From Bacteroidia bacterium (GTDB taxonomy: Bacteria; Bacteroidota; Bacteroidia; NS11-12g; UBA9320): a DNA stretch of 64,000 bases. The notes beneath the pieces are model-generated. The model did not search any database, had not been told where the DNA came from, and saw only the letters and a program-made list of their open reading frames with translations. Each line of letters begins with the position of its first letter. The first letter of the stretch is position 1. Made by a program: the position numbers and the translations under genes. The stretch lies in NCBI GenBank assembly GCA_965216465.1, contig CBDCFW010000006.1, positions 544,001 through 608,000 on the forward strand. The letters run 5' to 3'. Below, in pieces: positions 19,519-29,586 of this stretch.

Positions 19519-22110
19519 ATGCATTTGAAACTAAGATACTATACAAAAGCTCTTTCTCTCTTTCTTTTAGTCGGCTTGATCTCTGCGTGTGGAGGCCCAA
19601 CCATGAAAAAGGCCAATGAGGCAATGGAGAAGAAGGAATATGCCAAAGCTGCTGACATGTATGATAAGCTTGCTGGTAATCCTGATACTGAGAAGGAAGA
19701 TAAGCAAACAGCATCGTTCAGGGGTGCAGAATGCTACCGCTTGGTACACAAGCCTAAATCAGCATTAAAATTATACAATAAAGCACTTAAGTATGGTGTT
19801 CAGGATCCTGTTGTATTATATCGTATTGGAGACATGCACAAGCAACATGGCGAATACGAATTGGCGATAGAAGCCTTCAAAAAGTATCAAAAAGAAGTTC
19901 CAGAAGACGAGCGCGTAGAAGCAATGATTCAAGGATGTGAAGATGCATTAACTTGGAAAGAAGAGCCAACACGTTATACGGTTAACGAATTTAAACCCGC
20001 AAATCATAAAAGTGCCGACGACTTTTCACCCATGTGGGCAGATCGTAAGCAAAAATCAATCATGTTTACTTCTGACCGCCCAGAAGGGGTAAGTAAGGAA
20101 GATTATACAATGACCATGAGAATGCATACCGATGTTTGGGTTGTGAAAAAAGAAGGAAGCAGAGGGAAAGTTAAGTGGGGAAATGCAGAAGTTGTTGAAG
20201 GATTAAACACCAAATACAACGACGGTGTTATTGCCTTTAACAAAAGAATGTCGAAAATGTACGTTACCCAATGTAACGGTGAAGACGGAAAAGAGCTTAA
20301 CTGTAAAATATATGAAGCTCGTAAAGTTGGTAAAGGATGGGAAATGAATCCTGAACCACTTGATTTTTGTAAAGGACCAGGAAATGAAAAATGGAACTAC
20401 GGTCATCCTGTTTTAGCAAATGGTGACAAAACCATGTATTTCGCTTCGGATAGACCGGGTGGATATGGAGATACATTAGGTTTAGAGAAAACTAAGGATA
20501 TCTGGATGGTAACCTATGTGAGAAGAGGTAGAACGTGGAGTGAACCAGTTAACTTGGGTCCAATGATTAATACGGAAGGAAATGAAATGTTCCCTTATGT
20601 ACATACCGATGGAACACTTTACTTCTCATCTGACGGTCATCCTGGTTTAGGTGCACTTGACATTTTTGAAACGAGAAAATCTGGTGATGGTCCTACCGAT
20701 TGGGACGTTCCGAAAAATATGAAGAACCCAATTAACTCTAAAGGTGACGACTTTGGTATTATCATGGACGCAACCAAAGAGCATGGATTCTTTACCTCGA
20801 ATAGAAAGAAAAATCAAGACGACATTTATGAGTTCTTTATGGAGCCTATCGAGTGTACACTTAAAGGACAAGTAACCGATTGCGACAGTGGAACTGCTAT
20901 TGCAGATGCCTTAGTTTTAATCAGCAATAATGTTGATTCTTCTAAAATCAGACTGAGAACAGATAGCAAAGGTTATTACGAAACTTCATTAGGTATTAAT
21001 AAAGAATATACCATCGAAGTTTCTAAGCGTTCTGATTACTATTATGATGCTAAACCGCAATACGTTTCGACCATGGGAGTTCAAACCTCTCTTGATTGCC
21101 AGCACGTTAAAGACTTCTGCTTGAAAAACACTTGTAACGATGTTTTCGTTCTTCCAATCTATTACGATTTGGATAAGGCATTCATCCGTGAAGATGCTAA
21201 ACCGATTCTTGACGACTTAATTAAAACCTTGAAAAAGTACCCAAGAATGGCTGTTGAGCTTGGATCTCATACAGACTGTAGAGCGGATTATGAATACAAC
21301 AGAGCACTTTCACAAAGAAGAGCTGATTCAGCAATCGCATACTTAATCGATAATGGAGGTTTGAATCCGTTCAGACTAGAAGCTCACGGTTACGGCGAAT
21401 CTCAATTGGTAAACCATTGTGAGTGTGAAGGAACAAATGTTACTCCATGTTCTGATGAAGAACACCAAGAAAACAGACGTACGACTGTGAAAGTTGTGAA
21501 CTGTAACTTTGATGTGCTATCAATTGGCGTTGACTACAAAGAAAGAAATGATGAAGCTCTAGCAGGCAAAGGATCTATCTACAGCCCTTACTTGCTTGAA
21601 AAACAAAGAGAATACCTAACTAAAACAAAGGGTAATATCGATAGTTTCTTGAATGCACGTGCAGTTGAAGATAGCTTGAAACTTGTTAAGCAAGAAGAAG
21701 AAGAGTTAATGGCTAAATATGATTTCATTAACTTAACGAAGTCTCGTGATAAACTCACTTTATATGGATACATAGGAAGAAAGAAAGTGAAGTTTGTTTT
21801 CAACGGTGAAGAGAGAAGAACGTTAATTCCTCAAACTATGGTTGAGCAGTTGTTAGACAACAAAACCATTACTGTTGATGATTTCAGAAACTCAAACGAC
21901 AAGATCAAATTGTCCAATGGAATGAAGGTGTTTGGTACATCATTTACCATCCCTGAATTGAAAATTGGAGATAAGGTATATACCAAAGTAAAATGTAAAA
22001 TGGTTACTACCATCAAACAACCGGTTCTTGGTTTCAATGTATTTGACAAAGAATATGTTGACTTCGAAATCAAAGACAACAAGATCTGGCTGCTTAAAGA
22101 TTTAGAATAA
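19519..22110 (+). CDS. PorE-like lipoprotein (TPR, PD40 propeller, carboxypeptidase-regulatory-like, OmpA domains) with an extra C-terminal retropepsin-like domain
   Basis: Lipobox LISAC after ATG 19519; TPR-like helices; 'YFASDRPGGYG' and 'YFSSDGHPGLG' PD40 repeats; OmpA motifs 'SHTD.R....YN..LS.RRA' and 'GYGE..L...NRRT'; about 200 aa extension. Confidence 0.85.
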   Translation: MHLKLRYYTKALSLFLLVGLISACGGPTMKKANEAMEKKEYAKAADMYDKLAGNPDTEKEDKQTASFRGAECYRLVHKPKSALKLYNKALKYGVQDPVVLYRIGDMHKQHGEYELAIEAFKKYQKEVPEDERVEAMIQGCEDALTWKEEPTRYTVNEFKPANHKSADDFSPMWADRKQKSIMFTSDRPEGVSKEDYTMTMRMHTDVWVVKKEGSRGKVKWGNAEVVEGLNTKYNDGVIAFNKRMSKMYVTQCNGEDGKELNCKIYEARKVGKGWEMNPEPLDFCKGPGNEKWNYGHPVLANGDKTMYFASDRPGGYGDTLGLEKTKDIWMVTYVRRGRTWSEPVNLGPMINTEGNEMFPYVHTDGTLYFSSDGHPGLGALDIFETRKSGDGPTDWDVPKNMKNPINSKGDDFGIIMDATKEHGFFTSNRKKNQDDIYEFFMEPIECTLKGQVTDCDSGTAIADALVLISNNVDSSKIRLRTDSKGYYETSLGINKEYTIEVSKRSDYYYDAKPQYVSTMGVQTSLDCQHVKDFCLKNTCNDVFVLPIYYDLDKAFIREDAKPILDDLIKTLKKYPRMAVELGSHTDCRADYEYNRALSQRRADSAIAYLIDNGGLNPFRLEAHGYGESQLVNHCECEGTNVTPCSDEEHQENRRTTVKVVNCNFDVLSIGVDYKERNDEALAGKGSIYSPYLLEKQREYLTKTKGNIDSFLNARAVEDSLKLVKQEEEELMAKYDFINLTKSRDKLTLYGYIGRKKVKFVFNGEERRTLIPQTMVEQLLDNKTITVDDFRNSNDKIKLSNGMKVFGTSFTIPELKIGDKVYTKVKCKMVTTIKQPVLGFNVFDKEYVDFEIKDNKIWLLKDLE

Positions 22111-22124
22111 AGTTATCGTCAAAA

Positions 22125-23279
22125 TTGAGTAGATACGAAAAAAGAGGAGTTTCCTCTCAAAAAGAAGATGTCCATAAGGCTATCTCAAATGTAGATAAGG
22201 GACTGTTTCCAAATGCTTTTTGTAAGATAGTTGAAGATGTTATTGGAGGTGATGACGCATTCTGTAACATTGTTCACGCTGATGGGGCCGGAACTAAATC
22301 GTCTCTTGCCTATCTCTATTGGAAGGAAACCGGAGATCTTTCAGTTTGGAAAGGTATAGCACAAGATGCGTTGGTAATGAATACCGACGACATCATTTGC
22401 ACAGGAGCAACCGGACCATTTTTACTTTCGAATACGATAGGAAGAAACAAACACTTGGTGCCAGGGGAGGTAATCAAAGCTATTATTGACGGATTTGAAG
22501 AATGCATCGACAATCTCAATGATTTTGGTGTTAGCATTAAGTTTACTGGGGGTGAAACTGCAGACGTTGGGGACTTGGTTAAAACGTTAATCGTAGATAG
22601 CACAGTAGCATGTCGACCAAAACGCTCCGAAATAATGGAAGTTGATATTCAAGATGGTGATGTTATTGTTGGATTCTCGTCTTCGGGTCAAGCATCGTAT
22701 GAGCATCAATACAATTCAGGAATTGGTTCGAATGGACTCACTTCTGGTCGACACGATTTGATTGACCACTCCTATTATGCTAAATATCCGGAAACTTTTG
22801 ATATCAATACTGACGAAGAGTATATCTACTCTGGCCAGTTTAAGCTAACCGACAAGTTAGAAGGTACACCGTTGGATATTGGCAAAGCATTATTGTCTCC
22901 TACTCGTACCTACGCACCTATTATAAAAAAGATGCTTTCTAGTGCTGAAATGAAGAATGAAATTCACGGAATGATTCATTGTACAGGAGGTGCACAAACC
23001 AAGGTTATGAAGTTTCTTGACAAGCCTTTGCACATTAATAAGTCATCTTTACTTGAAATTCCACCATTATTCAAGACCATACACGAAACCACAGGTACTC
23101 CTCTGAAAGAAATGTATGAAGTATTCAATATGGGGCATCGATTAGAAGTATATTGTTCTAAATCTATTGCTAATGAACTAGTTAGCCTTGCGTCTGACTT
23201 CAATATAGACGCGAAAGTAATTGGAGAATGCAGCCAAAGCGATAAGCCACAATTGACAATTAATGGTATAGATTACTAG
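22125..23279 (+). CDS. purM: Phosphoribosylformylglycinamidine cyclo-ligase (AIR synthase, Bacteroidota type)
   Basis: 'RGVS..KEDVH', 'HADGAGTKS', 'GGETADVGD', 'HCTGG.QTK', 'FNMGHR'. Confidence 0.92.
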   Translation: MSRYEKRGVSSQKEDVHKAISNVDKGLFPNAFCKIVEDVIGGDDAFCNIVHADGAGTKSSLAYLYWKETGDLSVWKGIAQDALVMNTDDIICTGATGPFLLSNTIGRNKHLVPGEVIKAIIDGFEECIDNLNDFGVSIKFTGGETADVGDLVKTLIVDSTVACRPKRSEIMEVDIQDGDVIVGFSSSGQASYEHQYNSGIGSNGLTSGRHDLIDHSYYAKYPETFDINTDEEYIYSGQFKLTDKLEGTPLDIGKALLSPTRTYAPIIKKMLSSAEMKNEIHGMIHCTGGAQTKVMKFLDKPLHINKSSLLEIPPLFKTIHETTGTPLKEMYEVFNMGHRLEVYCSKSIANELVSLASDFNIDAKVIGECSQSDKPQLTINGIDY

Positions 23280-23336
23280 GAATTATAAGCCCTATGTCAT
23301 TTTTTAAATACTGGATTTTTAATCCATGATATTGAC

Positions 23337-23344
23337 TATATTTG
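23337..23344 (+). promoter_or_regulatory. -7 promoter box for the Omp28-like gene
   Basis: TATATTTG upstream of ATG 23374. Confidence 0.5.
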
Positions 23345-23373
23345 ACGACCTTAAATTATATTAAATAATAGAA

Positions 23374-24288
23374 ATGAAAAAATTACTTTTACTAGCATTT
23401 ATCTCTGCATTCGTATTTGTAGGATGTGGTGACAAGACTGATGATCCTTCAGGAGGTGGTGATAAAGCACCAACAACTTATACTTCTAAGGCATTATTAG
23501 AGTATTTCAGTGGAACTTGGTGTCCATACTGCCCAGACGGGAAAAAATTATCACTAGAAGTTAAAGATAGAGTTCCTGCGGGATCTTATACTTCAGTTGT
23601 ATACCACAACAACGACCAAATGGATAACATCTACGACGATGCTATTGACAGTAAGTTTGCTGCTGGTTACCCAACTGGTATGATTAACAGAATTGGTGGT
23701 GAAGCAGGTAGCAGATACACTCCTGAAATCAACCAAATTCAATCTTGGGCTCAATACGATCCAGATTTACATAACAAATGGTTAAAGCAAGCTAAAGCGG
23801 TTCAAGCTGAAGCAGCTAAATGTGGTCTTGCTATTGACGCTTCTGATAAAGTTGGAAGTACTGTAAACATCGAAGTAAAATTAGGTGTTGGTGCTGAAGC
23901 TCTTCCAGAAGGAAACTACTTCCTAACTGTTCTTGTTGTTGAAGATGCAATGACTGGATCAGGTCAAGGATGGGATCAAAGAAACGGATATAACAACGCT
24001 CAAGGTCACGCTTACCAAGGTAAAGGTGATCCATGGACTGGATATGTACACGACAATGTTGTAAGAAACGTATTAACTGCTCCTTTAGGAGATGAAATTC
24101 CTACTGAAAATGTAGCAGCTGGTGCAATTTCTACTTACAACTTCACTACTGACATCCAAGGATTAGGTGATGACCTAACAATAGTAGCATTCATCAGTGA
24201 GTACACTGAAACTCTTACTGCTGGAACTACTTCTTTTGTTTACAACATGCAAACTGCTGCTGTTGGAAGCAACCAAGCTTGGGACTAA
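23374..24288 (+). CDS. Omp28-related outer-membrane lipoprotein with a thioredoxin-like CxxC
   Basis: Lipobox FVGC; 'LEYFSGTWCPYCP', 'GYPT..INR', 'H.NVVR' motifs. Confidence 0.8.
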   Translation: MKKLLLLAFISAFVFVGCGDKTDDPSGGGDKAPTTYTSKALLEYFSGTWCPYCPDGKKLSLEVKDRVPAGSYTSVVYHNNDQMDNIYDDAIDSKFAAGYPTGMINRIGGEAGSRYTPEINQIQSWAQYDPDLHNKWLKQAKAVQAEAAKCGLAIDASDKVGSTVNIEVKLGVGAEALPEGNYFLTVLVVEDAMTGSGQGWDQRNGYNNAQGHAYQGKGDPWTGYVHDNVVRNVLTAPLGDEIPTENVAAGAISTYNFTTDIQGLGDDLTIVAFISEYTETLTAGTTSFVYNMQTAAVGSNQAWD

Positions 24289-24308
24289 TTTATATACTAT
24301 ATTAAAAT

Positions 24309-24336
24309 GCCTCGCCTTCGGGCGGGGCTTTTTTTT
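24309..24336 (+). terminator. Intrinsic terminator after the Omp28-like gene
   Basis: GCCTCGCC-TTCG-GGCGGGGC followed by T8. Confidence 0.85.
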
Positions 24337-24342
24337 GACCTC

Positions 24343-25374
24343 ATGCAAGATATTCGACAATTATCAAAAGAAGAACTTCAAGAAGTTTGCATAGCTCTAG
24401 GAGAAAAAAAGTTTAGAGCAAAACAACTCTGGGAGTGGCTATGGCAAAAGGGTGTAACTTCTTTTGACGACATGAGTAATCTTTCGAAATCTTTTCGTGA
24501 GAGTCTTAAGGCTGAGTATACCATTAATGGCGTTCAAATTGCCAATTCTCAGCAAAGCAACGATGGTACCATCAAGTATGCATTCAAGCTCAATGACGGC
24601 TTCTTAGTTGAAGGAGTACTAATACCATCAAAAGATAGAGTTACAGCCTGCATATCTTCTCAGGTAGGATGCAGTTTAAGCTGCACATTCTGTGCAACTG
24701 GCTTCCTAAAGCGTGAACGCAACTTACGATCAGATGAAATATTTGATCAAGTTGTTTTACTTAAAAGAGAAGCTGAAAAAGCTTATAATCTTAACCTAAG
24801 CAACATTGTACTTATGGGCATGGGTGAACCTTTACTCAACTACGCAAACGTAAATTCGGGTATTGAAAAAATCACTTCACCAGATGGCTTAGGAATGTCA
24901 CCTCAACGAATTACCCTATCAACCGCAGGCATCGCTAAGATGATTAAAAAGCTCGGGGACGACGGAGTTCGATACAACCTGGCTCTCTCATTGCATGCCG
25001 CAAATAATGAAAAGAGAAGTTCTATTATGCCAATCAATGACAGCAATTCACTTGAAGATTTAATTGAAGCTTTGAACTACTTCTACGATAAAACTGGTAC
25101 TCGGGTGACCTTAGAGTACTGTGTAATTAATGACATTAATGACGACAACCAAGAAGCTCAAGAACTTGTAGATTTTGCTCGTCAAATAAGATGTAAGATT
25201 AATTTAATCGAGTATAACCCAATAGATTTGGCTGAATTCGAGGCCAGTTCAATTGAAAAGGTAGAACGATTCGCTGCCTACCTCGAAAAAAATAAATTGA
25301 TTGTAAACGTGCGCAGAAGCCGTGGTAAAGATATTGATGCAGCATGCGGACAACTGGCTAATAAACTAGCTTAA
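24343..25374 (+). CDS. rlmN: 23S rRNA (adenine2503-C2)-methyltransferase, radical SAM
   Basis: 'CISSQVGC...C.FC' (CxxxCxxC), 'MGMGEP', 'DIDAACGQL'. Start at 24343, since the longer track ORF starts inside the terminator. Confidence 0.95.
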   Translation: MQDIRQLSKEELQEVCIALGEKKFRAKQLWEWLWQKGVTSFDDMSNLSKSFRESLKAEYTINGVQIANSQQSNDGTIKYAFKLNDGFLVEGVLIPSKDRVTACISSQVGCSLSCTFCATGFLKRERNLRSDEIFDQVVLLKREAEKAYNLNLSNIVLMGMGEPLLNYANVNSGIEKITSPDGLGMSPQRITLSTAGIAKMIKKLGDDGVRYNLALSLHAANNEKRSSIMPINDSNSLEDLIEALNYFYDKTGTRVTLEYCVINDINDDNQEAQELVDFARQIRCKINLIEYNPIDLAEFEASSIEKVERFAAYLEKNKLIVNVRRSRGKDIDAACGQLANKLA

Positions 25375-25761
25375 AAAACGCGAACGTTCTTCTTCTGAAG
25401 GCAATCTACATACCGCTCTCTTTCCAAACCACTTGTATCGATTTCGAGCAACCCAACGATAAAACCAATTGCGAATGGGTCTAGGAAAAATCCAGAATAT
25501 TCTTAAAAATTGAAATGGCCACTTTAAGAATGCCACCAGTTTTAAAGCTGCATCTGATTCAACCCATGCATTTCTCCCATCGAAGTAAACTATACTGTCT
25601 TTCTCGGCCAGAAAAGGGAACTCTGATATCAACTTTGCTCCATGATCCGATTGAAGTGATGAAAATTTAAGCCTGCTTCCATTCTCGTACTTCATCAAAA
25701 AATTCACCGAGGAGTTACATAAATTGCAAACACCATCAAAATATACCACACGATCGCTCAT
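25366..25761 (-). CDS. DCC1-like thiol-disulfide oxidoreductase (DUF393)
   Basis: 'FDGVCNLC' (DxxCxxC), 'Y..VARNRY.WFG...C'. Confidence 0.88.
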   Translation of the reverse strand: MSDRVVYFDGVCNLCNSSVNFLMKYENGSRLKFSSLQSDHGAKLISEFPFLAEKDSIVYFDGRNAWVESDAALKLVAFLKWPFQFLRIFWIFPRPIRNWFYRWVARNRYKWFGKRAVCRLPSEEERSRFLS

Positions 25762-25777
25762 TACACTGATTACCAAA

Positions 25778-25826
25778 CAAATTTAAGTTTCAATCCTTAA
25801 TTGAACACATAGAATAAATACCTTTG
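25778..25826. promoter_or_regulatory. Divergent -7 boxes for the DCC gene (-) and hscA (+)
   Basis: TAAATTTG on the minus strand at 25778-25785; TACCTTTG on the plus strand at 25819-25826. Confidence 0.6.
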
Positions 25827-25830
25827 CGCA

Positions 25831-27690
25831 ATGGCTAAAATTTCGATTGATCTCAGCACCGGAACTGTAGAATCATCCAAAGCAGTAATTGGAATAGACC
25901 TAGGTACCACAAATAGTCTAATCGCTTCAATTAATTCAAATGATGGCCATCCCTATTGTCTTTCAAAAGATGAGCACAATATTGTACCCAGCGCGATTTA
26001 TTTTGGGTCTGATGGCGAGGGGGTGAAAGTAGGACGCTCAGCTATTGATATGCTGGTTAAAGAACCCGAAAACACCATTTACTCTGTAAAACGACTCATG
26101 GGGAAAAGTTATGCCGATATTGTAGCGAACGAACACGGTTATAATTTTGAAATCATTGATGAGGAAGATCGACTCGTTAAGGTAAAAATTAATGATAAAC
26201 TCTACACCCCTATTGAGTTATCATCATACATTTTAAAAGAACTTAAGCAAGTTGCTGAATTACAACTAAATCAGAAAATAAACAAGGTTGTAATTACCGT
26301 TCCGGCCTATTTTAATGATGCACAAAGACAGGCCACTCGTGATGCTGGAAAACTTGCAGGCTTGGATGTTCTCCGAATTATTAATGAGCCCACTGCAGCA
26401 AGTCTTGCCTATGGAATAGGAACTAATCAAGAAGAGCCTAAAACAGTTGCAGTTTATGATTTAGGAGGAGGTACTTTTGATATTTCAATCCTTAACATCC
26501 ACAATGGAATTTTTGAGGTACTTTCAACTAATGGAGACACCTATTTAGGCGGAGATGATATTGACAATGGAATTGTACAATTTTGGTCTAAATCGTTGAA
26601 TTTGAACGATTTGTCTAAAACCGATAGGCAATCAATTCGATTGCTTGCAGAGCGAGCTAAAAAAGCTCTAAGTACTTCAGAAAACTTTAGTGAATCTTGT
26701 TCAATTGGAGGGAACACGCATCAATTCATTCTTGACCGAAAGCAACTTTTAGATATAATTCAGCCTCTTATTAATAAGACCATGGAGTGCTGTTCAAACG
26801 CATTACAAGACGCAGAGTTGAGCCAATCAGATATTGATGAAGTTGTGCTGGTTGGAGGCAGTACTAGAACTTTAGCAATTAAGGAAGCTGTATCAACATA
26901 CTTTAGCTCATCGAAGATAAATGACCAACTTAACCCTGATGAAGTGGTTGCTCTCGGAGCTGCAATTGAAGCAGACATTCTTGCTGGAAACAGAAAAGAC
27001 ATGTTACTTTTAGATGTAACACCTCTGTCTTTAGGAATAGAAACTTTGGGTGGTTTAATGGATGTGTTAATTCCAAGAAATAACAAAATTCCTGCTAAAC
27101 TTAAAAAGCAATACACAACTTCTGTAGATGGTCAAGTTAATCTCTTGATTAATGTTTTTCAAGGTGAACGAGAGATGGTCGCCGACAACCGTAAGCTCGG
27201 TGAGTTTATTCTAGAAGGCATTCCTGCCATGCCTGCAGGACTGCCAAAAGTTGAAGTTAGTTTTATGTTGAATGCCGACGGAATTCTTCAAGTCAGCGCA
27301 GAAGAATTAAGATCTGGAGTTAAGCAAAATGTTCAGATGAAACCTCAATATGGCATTACCGATGCCGAGATTCAGACTATGCTAACAGATAGCATTAAAT
27401 TCGCTCAAGAAGATATGGATCGTAGATCATGGGCAGAAACTGAAACAGAGGCTAACCAGCTTATTTATGCGACCAATAAGTTTCTAACCGAAAATAAATC
27501 GCTGATTGAAAAAGATGATGAAGCCCGAATCTTAGACCACATATCAAGTTTAAAATCTGCAATTGATGCTAAAAACCAAGATTTGGTCGTTAAAGAGACG
27601 GATGCCTTAAACAACACCACTAGGAAATATGCCGAAATGGTGATGGATGCTTCGATTGCTAAGGCATTGCAAGGCAAGAAAATAGAATGA
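25831..27690 (+). CDS. hscA: Fe-S protein assembly Hsp70 chaperone HscA
   Basis: Hsp70 motifs 'GIDLGTTNS' and 'DLGGGTFD'; HscA-type 'PDEVVALGAA', 'LLLDVTPLSLGIETLGG', 'P.MPAG', 'KPQYG.TD'. Confidence 0.82.
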   Translation: MAKISIDLSTGTVESSKAVIGIDLGTTNSLIASINSNDGHPYCLSKDEHNIVPSAIYFGSDGEGVKVGRSAIDMLVKEPENTIYSVKRLMGKSYADIVANEHGYNFEIIDEEDRLVKVKINDKLYTPIELSSYILKELKQVAELQLNQKINKVVITVPAYFNDAQRQATRDAGKLAGLDVLRIINEPTAASLAYGIGTNQEEPKTVAVYDLGGGTFDISILNIHNGIFEVLSTNGDTYLGGDDIDNGIVQFWSKSLNLNDLSKTDRQSIRLLAERAKKALSTSENFSESCSIGGNTHQFILDRKQLLDIIQPLINKTMECCSNALQDAELSQSDIDEVVLVGGSTRTLAIKEAVSTYFSSSKINDQLNPDEVVALGAAIEADILAGNRKDMLLLDVTPLSLGIETLGGLMDVLIPRNNKIPAKLKKQYTTSVDGQVNLLINVFQGEREMVADNRKLGEFILEGIPAMPAGLPKVEVSFMLNADGILQVSAEELRSGVKQNVQMKPQYGITDAEIQTMLTDSIKFAQEDMDRRSWAETETEANQLIYATNKFLTENKSLIEKDDEARILDHISSLKSAIDAKNQDLVVKETDALNNTTRKYAEMVMDASIAKALQGKKIE

Positions 27691-28301
27691 AGAAAACTGC
27701 ATTATTCATATTACTCGTACTAAGTGGATTGGTTCAAGCGCAAAATGAATCGGATGTACATAAAATTGGCATAAAGACAAGCATCAATCTATCGCAGCTT
27801 AGAGGTAGTGAATTGCAGAACCCTTCGATTAAATTTGGTTATACCGCAGGAGCATATTACCAATTTACGATTAACGAGAACTTGTTTCTTCATTCTGAAT
27901 TCCTGGGTAATTTTCAAGGCTCGAATTTTGATAATGCAGACGACGAATATTCTCGAATTTCATTATTCTATCTAGATTTTCCGGTTTTATTGGGTTTTAA
28001 TCTCGATGAAGATAAGAAGCATCAAGTCTATCTTGGACCTTACGGCTCGTACCTAGGTCTATCTTCTATGTTTATTGGCGGAAAGCGCAAGGCAGAGCAG
28101 AACGACCTTGATCTCTTGCCATTTGATTACGGAGGGGCACTGTACTATCAATTGAACGGAAAGTTCATGGCTTTTCAAATTGGTGTAAAAGCTGGCATGC
28201 TTGACATCAATAACGGGATTAACTTTGCAAATATTAATCCTCCAACAGGCAATAACGGCTCGATTCAAAATATTAGTCTAGAGCTCGGGATGCTTTTCTA
28301 A
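27687..28301 (+). CDS. Porin family / outer-membrane beta-barrel protein
   Basis: Signal peptide, 'YLD.PVL.G', 'GPY.SYL', terminal Phe. Confidence 0.75.
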   Translation: MKKTALFILLVLSGLVQAQNESDVHKIGIKTSINLSQLRGSELQNPSIKFGYTAGAYYQFTINENLFLHSEFLGNFQGSNFDNADDEYSRISLFYLDFPVLLGFNLDEDKKHQVYLGPYGSYLGLSSMFIGGKRKAEQNDLDLLPFDYGGALYYQLNGKFMAFQIGVKAGMLDINNGINFANINPPTGNNGSIQNISLELGMLF

Positions 28302-28302
28302 T

Positions 28303-29193
28303 TTGAAAAAAGTTTTTCTATATCTCGTGGCAGCAATACCTCTGATTATTGTTGCAGGTAGCTACACTGAGTTTAGCCAACAAGAAGAAAAGCTTAACAA
28401 GTCTTATCAGGTTCATCCAGTACCCATTCCAGAACAACTGGCATTCGCTGGAGAAGAAGTTCCCATAGAAAAATTTGAGGTTAAAGAACGCTTAGATCGT
28501 GAGTTATTAGTAAACACCTATTGGCAAAGCAATACCATGCTCATTTTAAAGCGTACCCGAAAATACTTCACCATAATTGAGCCCATACTAAAAGAAAACA
28601 ACATTCCAGACGACTTTAAGTACTTAGCCGTAGTTGAAAGTGGATTGCAGCATCTAACCTCACCAGCTGGGGCAAAAGGAATTTGGCAATTCATGCCGGC
28701 AACGGGAAAATCATATGGTTTAGAGATAAACCAAGATGTAGACGAACGTTATCATCTTGAAAAAAGCACAGAAGCGGCGTGTAAATACTTCAAAAAGGCA
28801 TACAATCAATTTGGGAATTGGACCCTTGTTGCAGCTTCTTTCAATAGAGGAATGAATGGCATTAATTATGATTTATCAAAGCAATCAGTTAACAACTACT
28901 ACGACCTTCATTTAAACTCAGAGACTTCTCGATACATGCTTCGAATTCTGGCGTTTAAAACGATCGTTGAGCACCCTGAGTCATACGGCTTCCATTTAGA
29001 GGAGAAAGACTATTACAGAAGCCCGAAAACGGTTTTAACAACAATTGAGAAGGATGTGCCCAACATCTCAAACTATGCCAAGTCAATTGGCTCAAATTAC
29101 CATGTGATTAAAAGTTTGAATCCATGGATTAAAGGCAACCGTTTGCTGGTTCGTTCAAAAACGTATCAAATAAAAACCCCGCTAAGAAATTAG
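28303..29193 (+). CDS. Lytic transglycosylase (MltD-like SLT domain)
   Basis: 'DFKYLAVVESG', 'GIWQFM', 'W.L.AASFN.G', 'ETSRY'. Confidence 0.88.
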   Translation: MKKVFLYLVAAIPLIIVAGSYTEFSQQEEKLNKSYQVHPVPIPEQLAFAGEEVPIEKFEVKERLDRELLVNTYWQSNTMLILKRTRKYFTIIEPILKENNIPDDFKYLAVVESGLQHLTSPAGAKGIWQFMPATGKSYGLEINQDVDERYHLEKSTEAACKYFKKAYNQFGNWTLVAASFNRGMNGINYDLSKQSVNNYYDLHLNSETSRYMLRILAFKTIVEHPESYGFHLEEKDYYRSPKTVLTTIEKDVPNISNYAKSIGSNYHVIKSLNPWIKGNRLLVRSKTYQIKTPLRN

Positions 29194-29200
29194 CAGGGCT
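29176..29200. terminator. Probable terminator between the convergent lytic transglycosylase and DUF2795 genes
   Basis: Imperfect hairpin CCCCGCTAA-gaaa-TTAGCAGGG with an A-run on its left (U-tail on the minus strand). Confidence 0.5.
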
Positions 29201-29223
29201 CTATAAAAGTATCTTGATAAAGA

Positions 29224-29445
29224 TTACAGTTCGTCTTGATTGAAAAAGTAATCGTCTGTTGATGGGTATTCAGACCATATCTCTTCGATAGTCTCGAATG
29301 GCTCTCCATCATCTTCTAACTCCTGAAGGTTTTCAACAACTTCAAGTGGTGCTCCAGTTCTAATGGCGAAATCTATTAATTCGTCTTTTGTAGCTGGCCA
29401 AGGTGCGTCATCTAAGTAAGATGCTAATTCTAATGTCCAATACAT
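29224..29445 (-). CDS. DUF2795 domain small acidic protein
   Basis: 'MYWTLELASYL.DAPWPATKDELID', a conserved Bacteroidota sequence. Confidence 0.9.
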   Translation of the reverse strand: MYWTLELASYLDDAPWPATKDELIDFAIRTGAPLEVVENLQELEDDGEPFETIEEIWSEYPSTDDYFFNQDEL

Positions 29446-29586
29446 ATTATCGCTGTTTAATTTTGTTTTATCCGGTTAGTAACTTCCCAACAATTCAAAC
29501 CCCGCTTAGTTAGCGCGAAAATAGAATTTTAAATCATTTATGCAACTTCCTTGACTAAATAAATTTACATGGCTCTAAAAAGCTGA

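Noticed and set aside
25831-27690. Calling the Hsp70 gene dnaK
   Set aside because: It lacks the DnaK-type C-terminal tail and shows HscA-type segments (PDEVVALGAA, PAMPAG, KPQYG)
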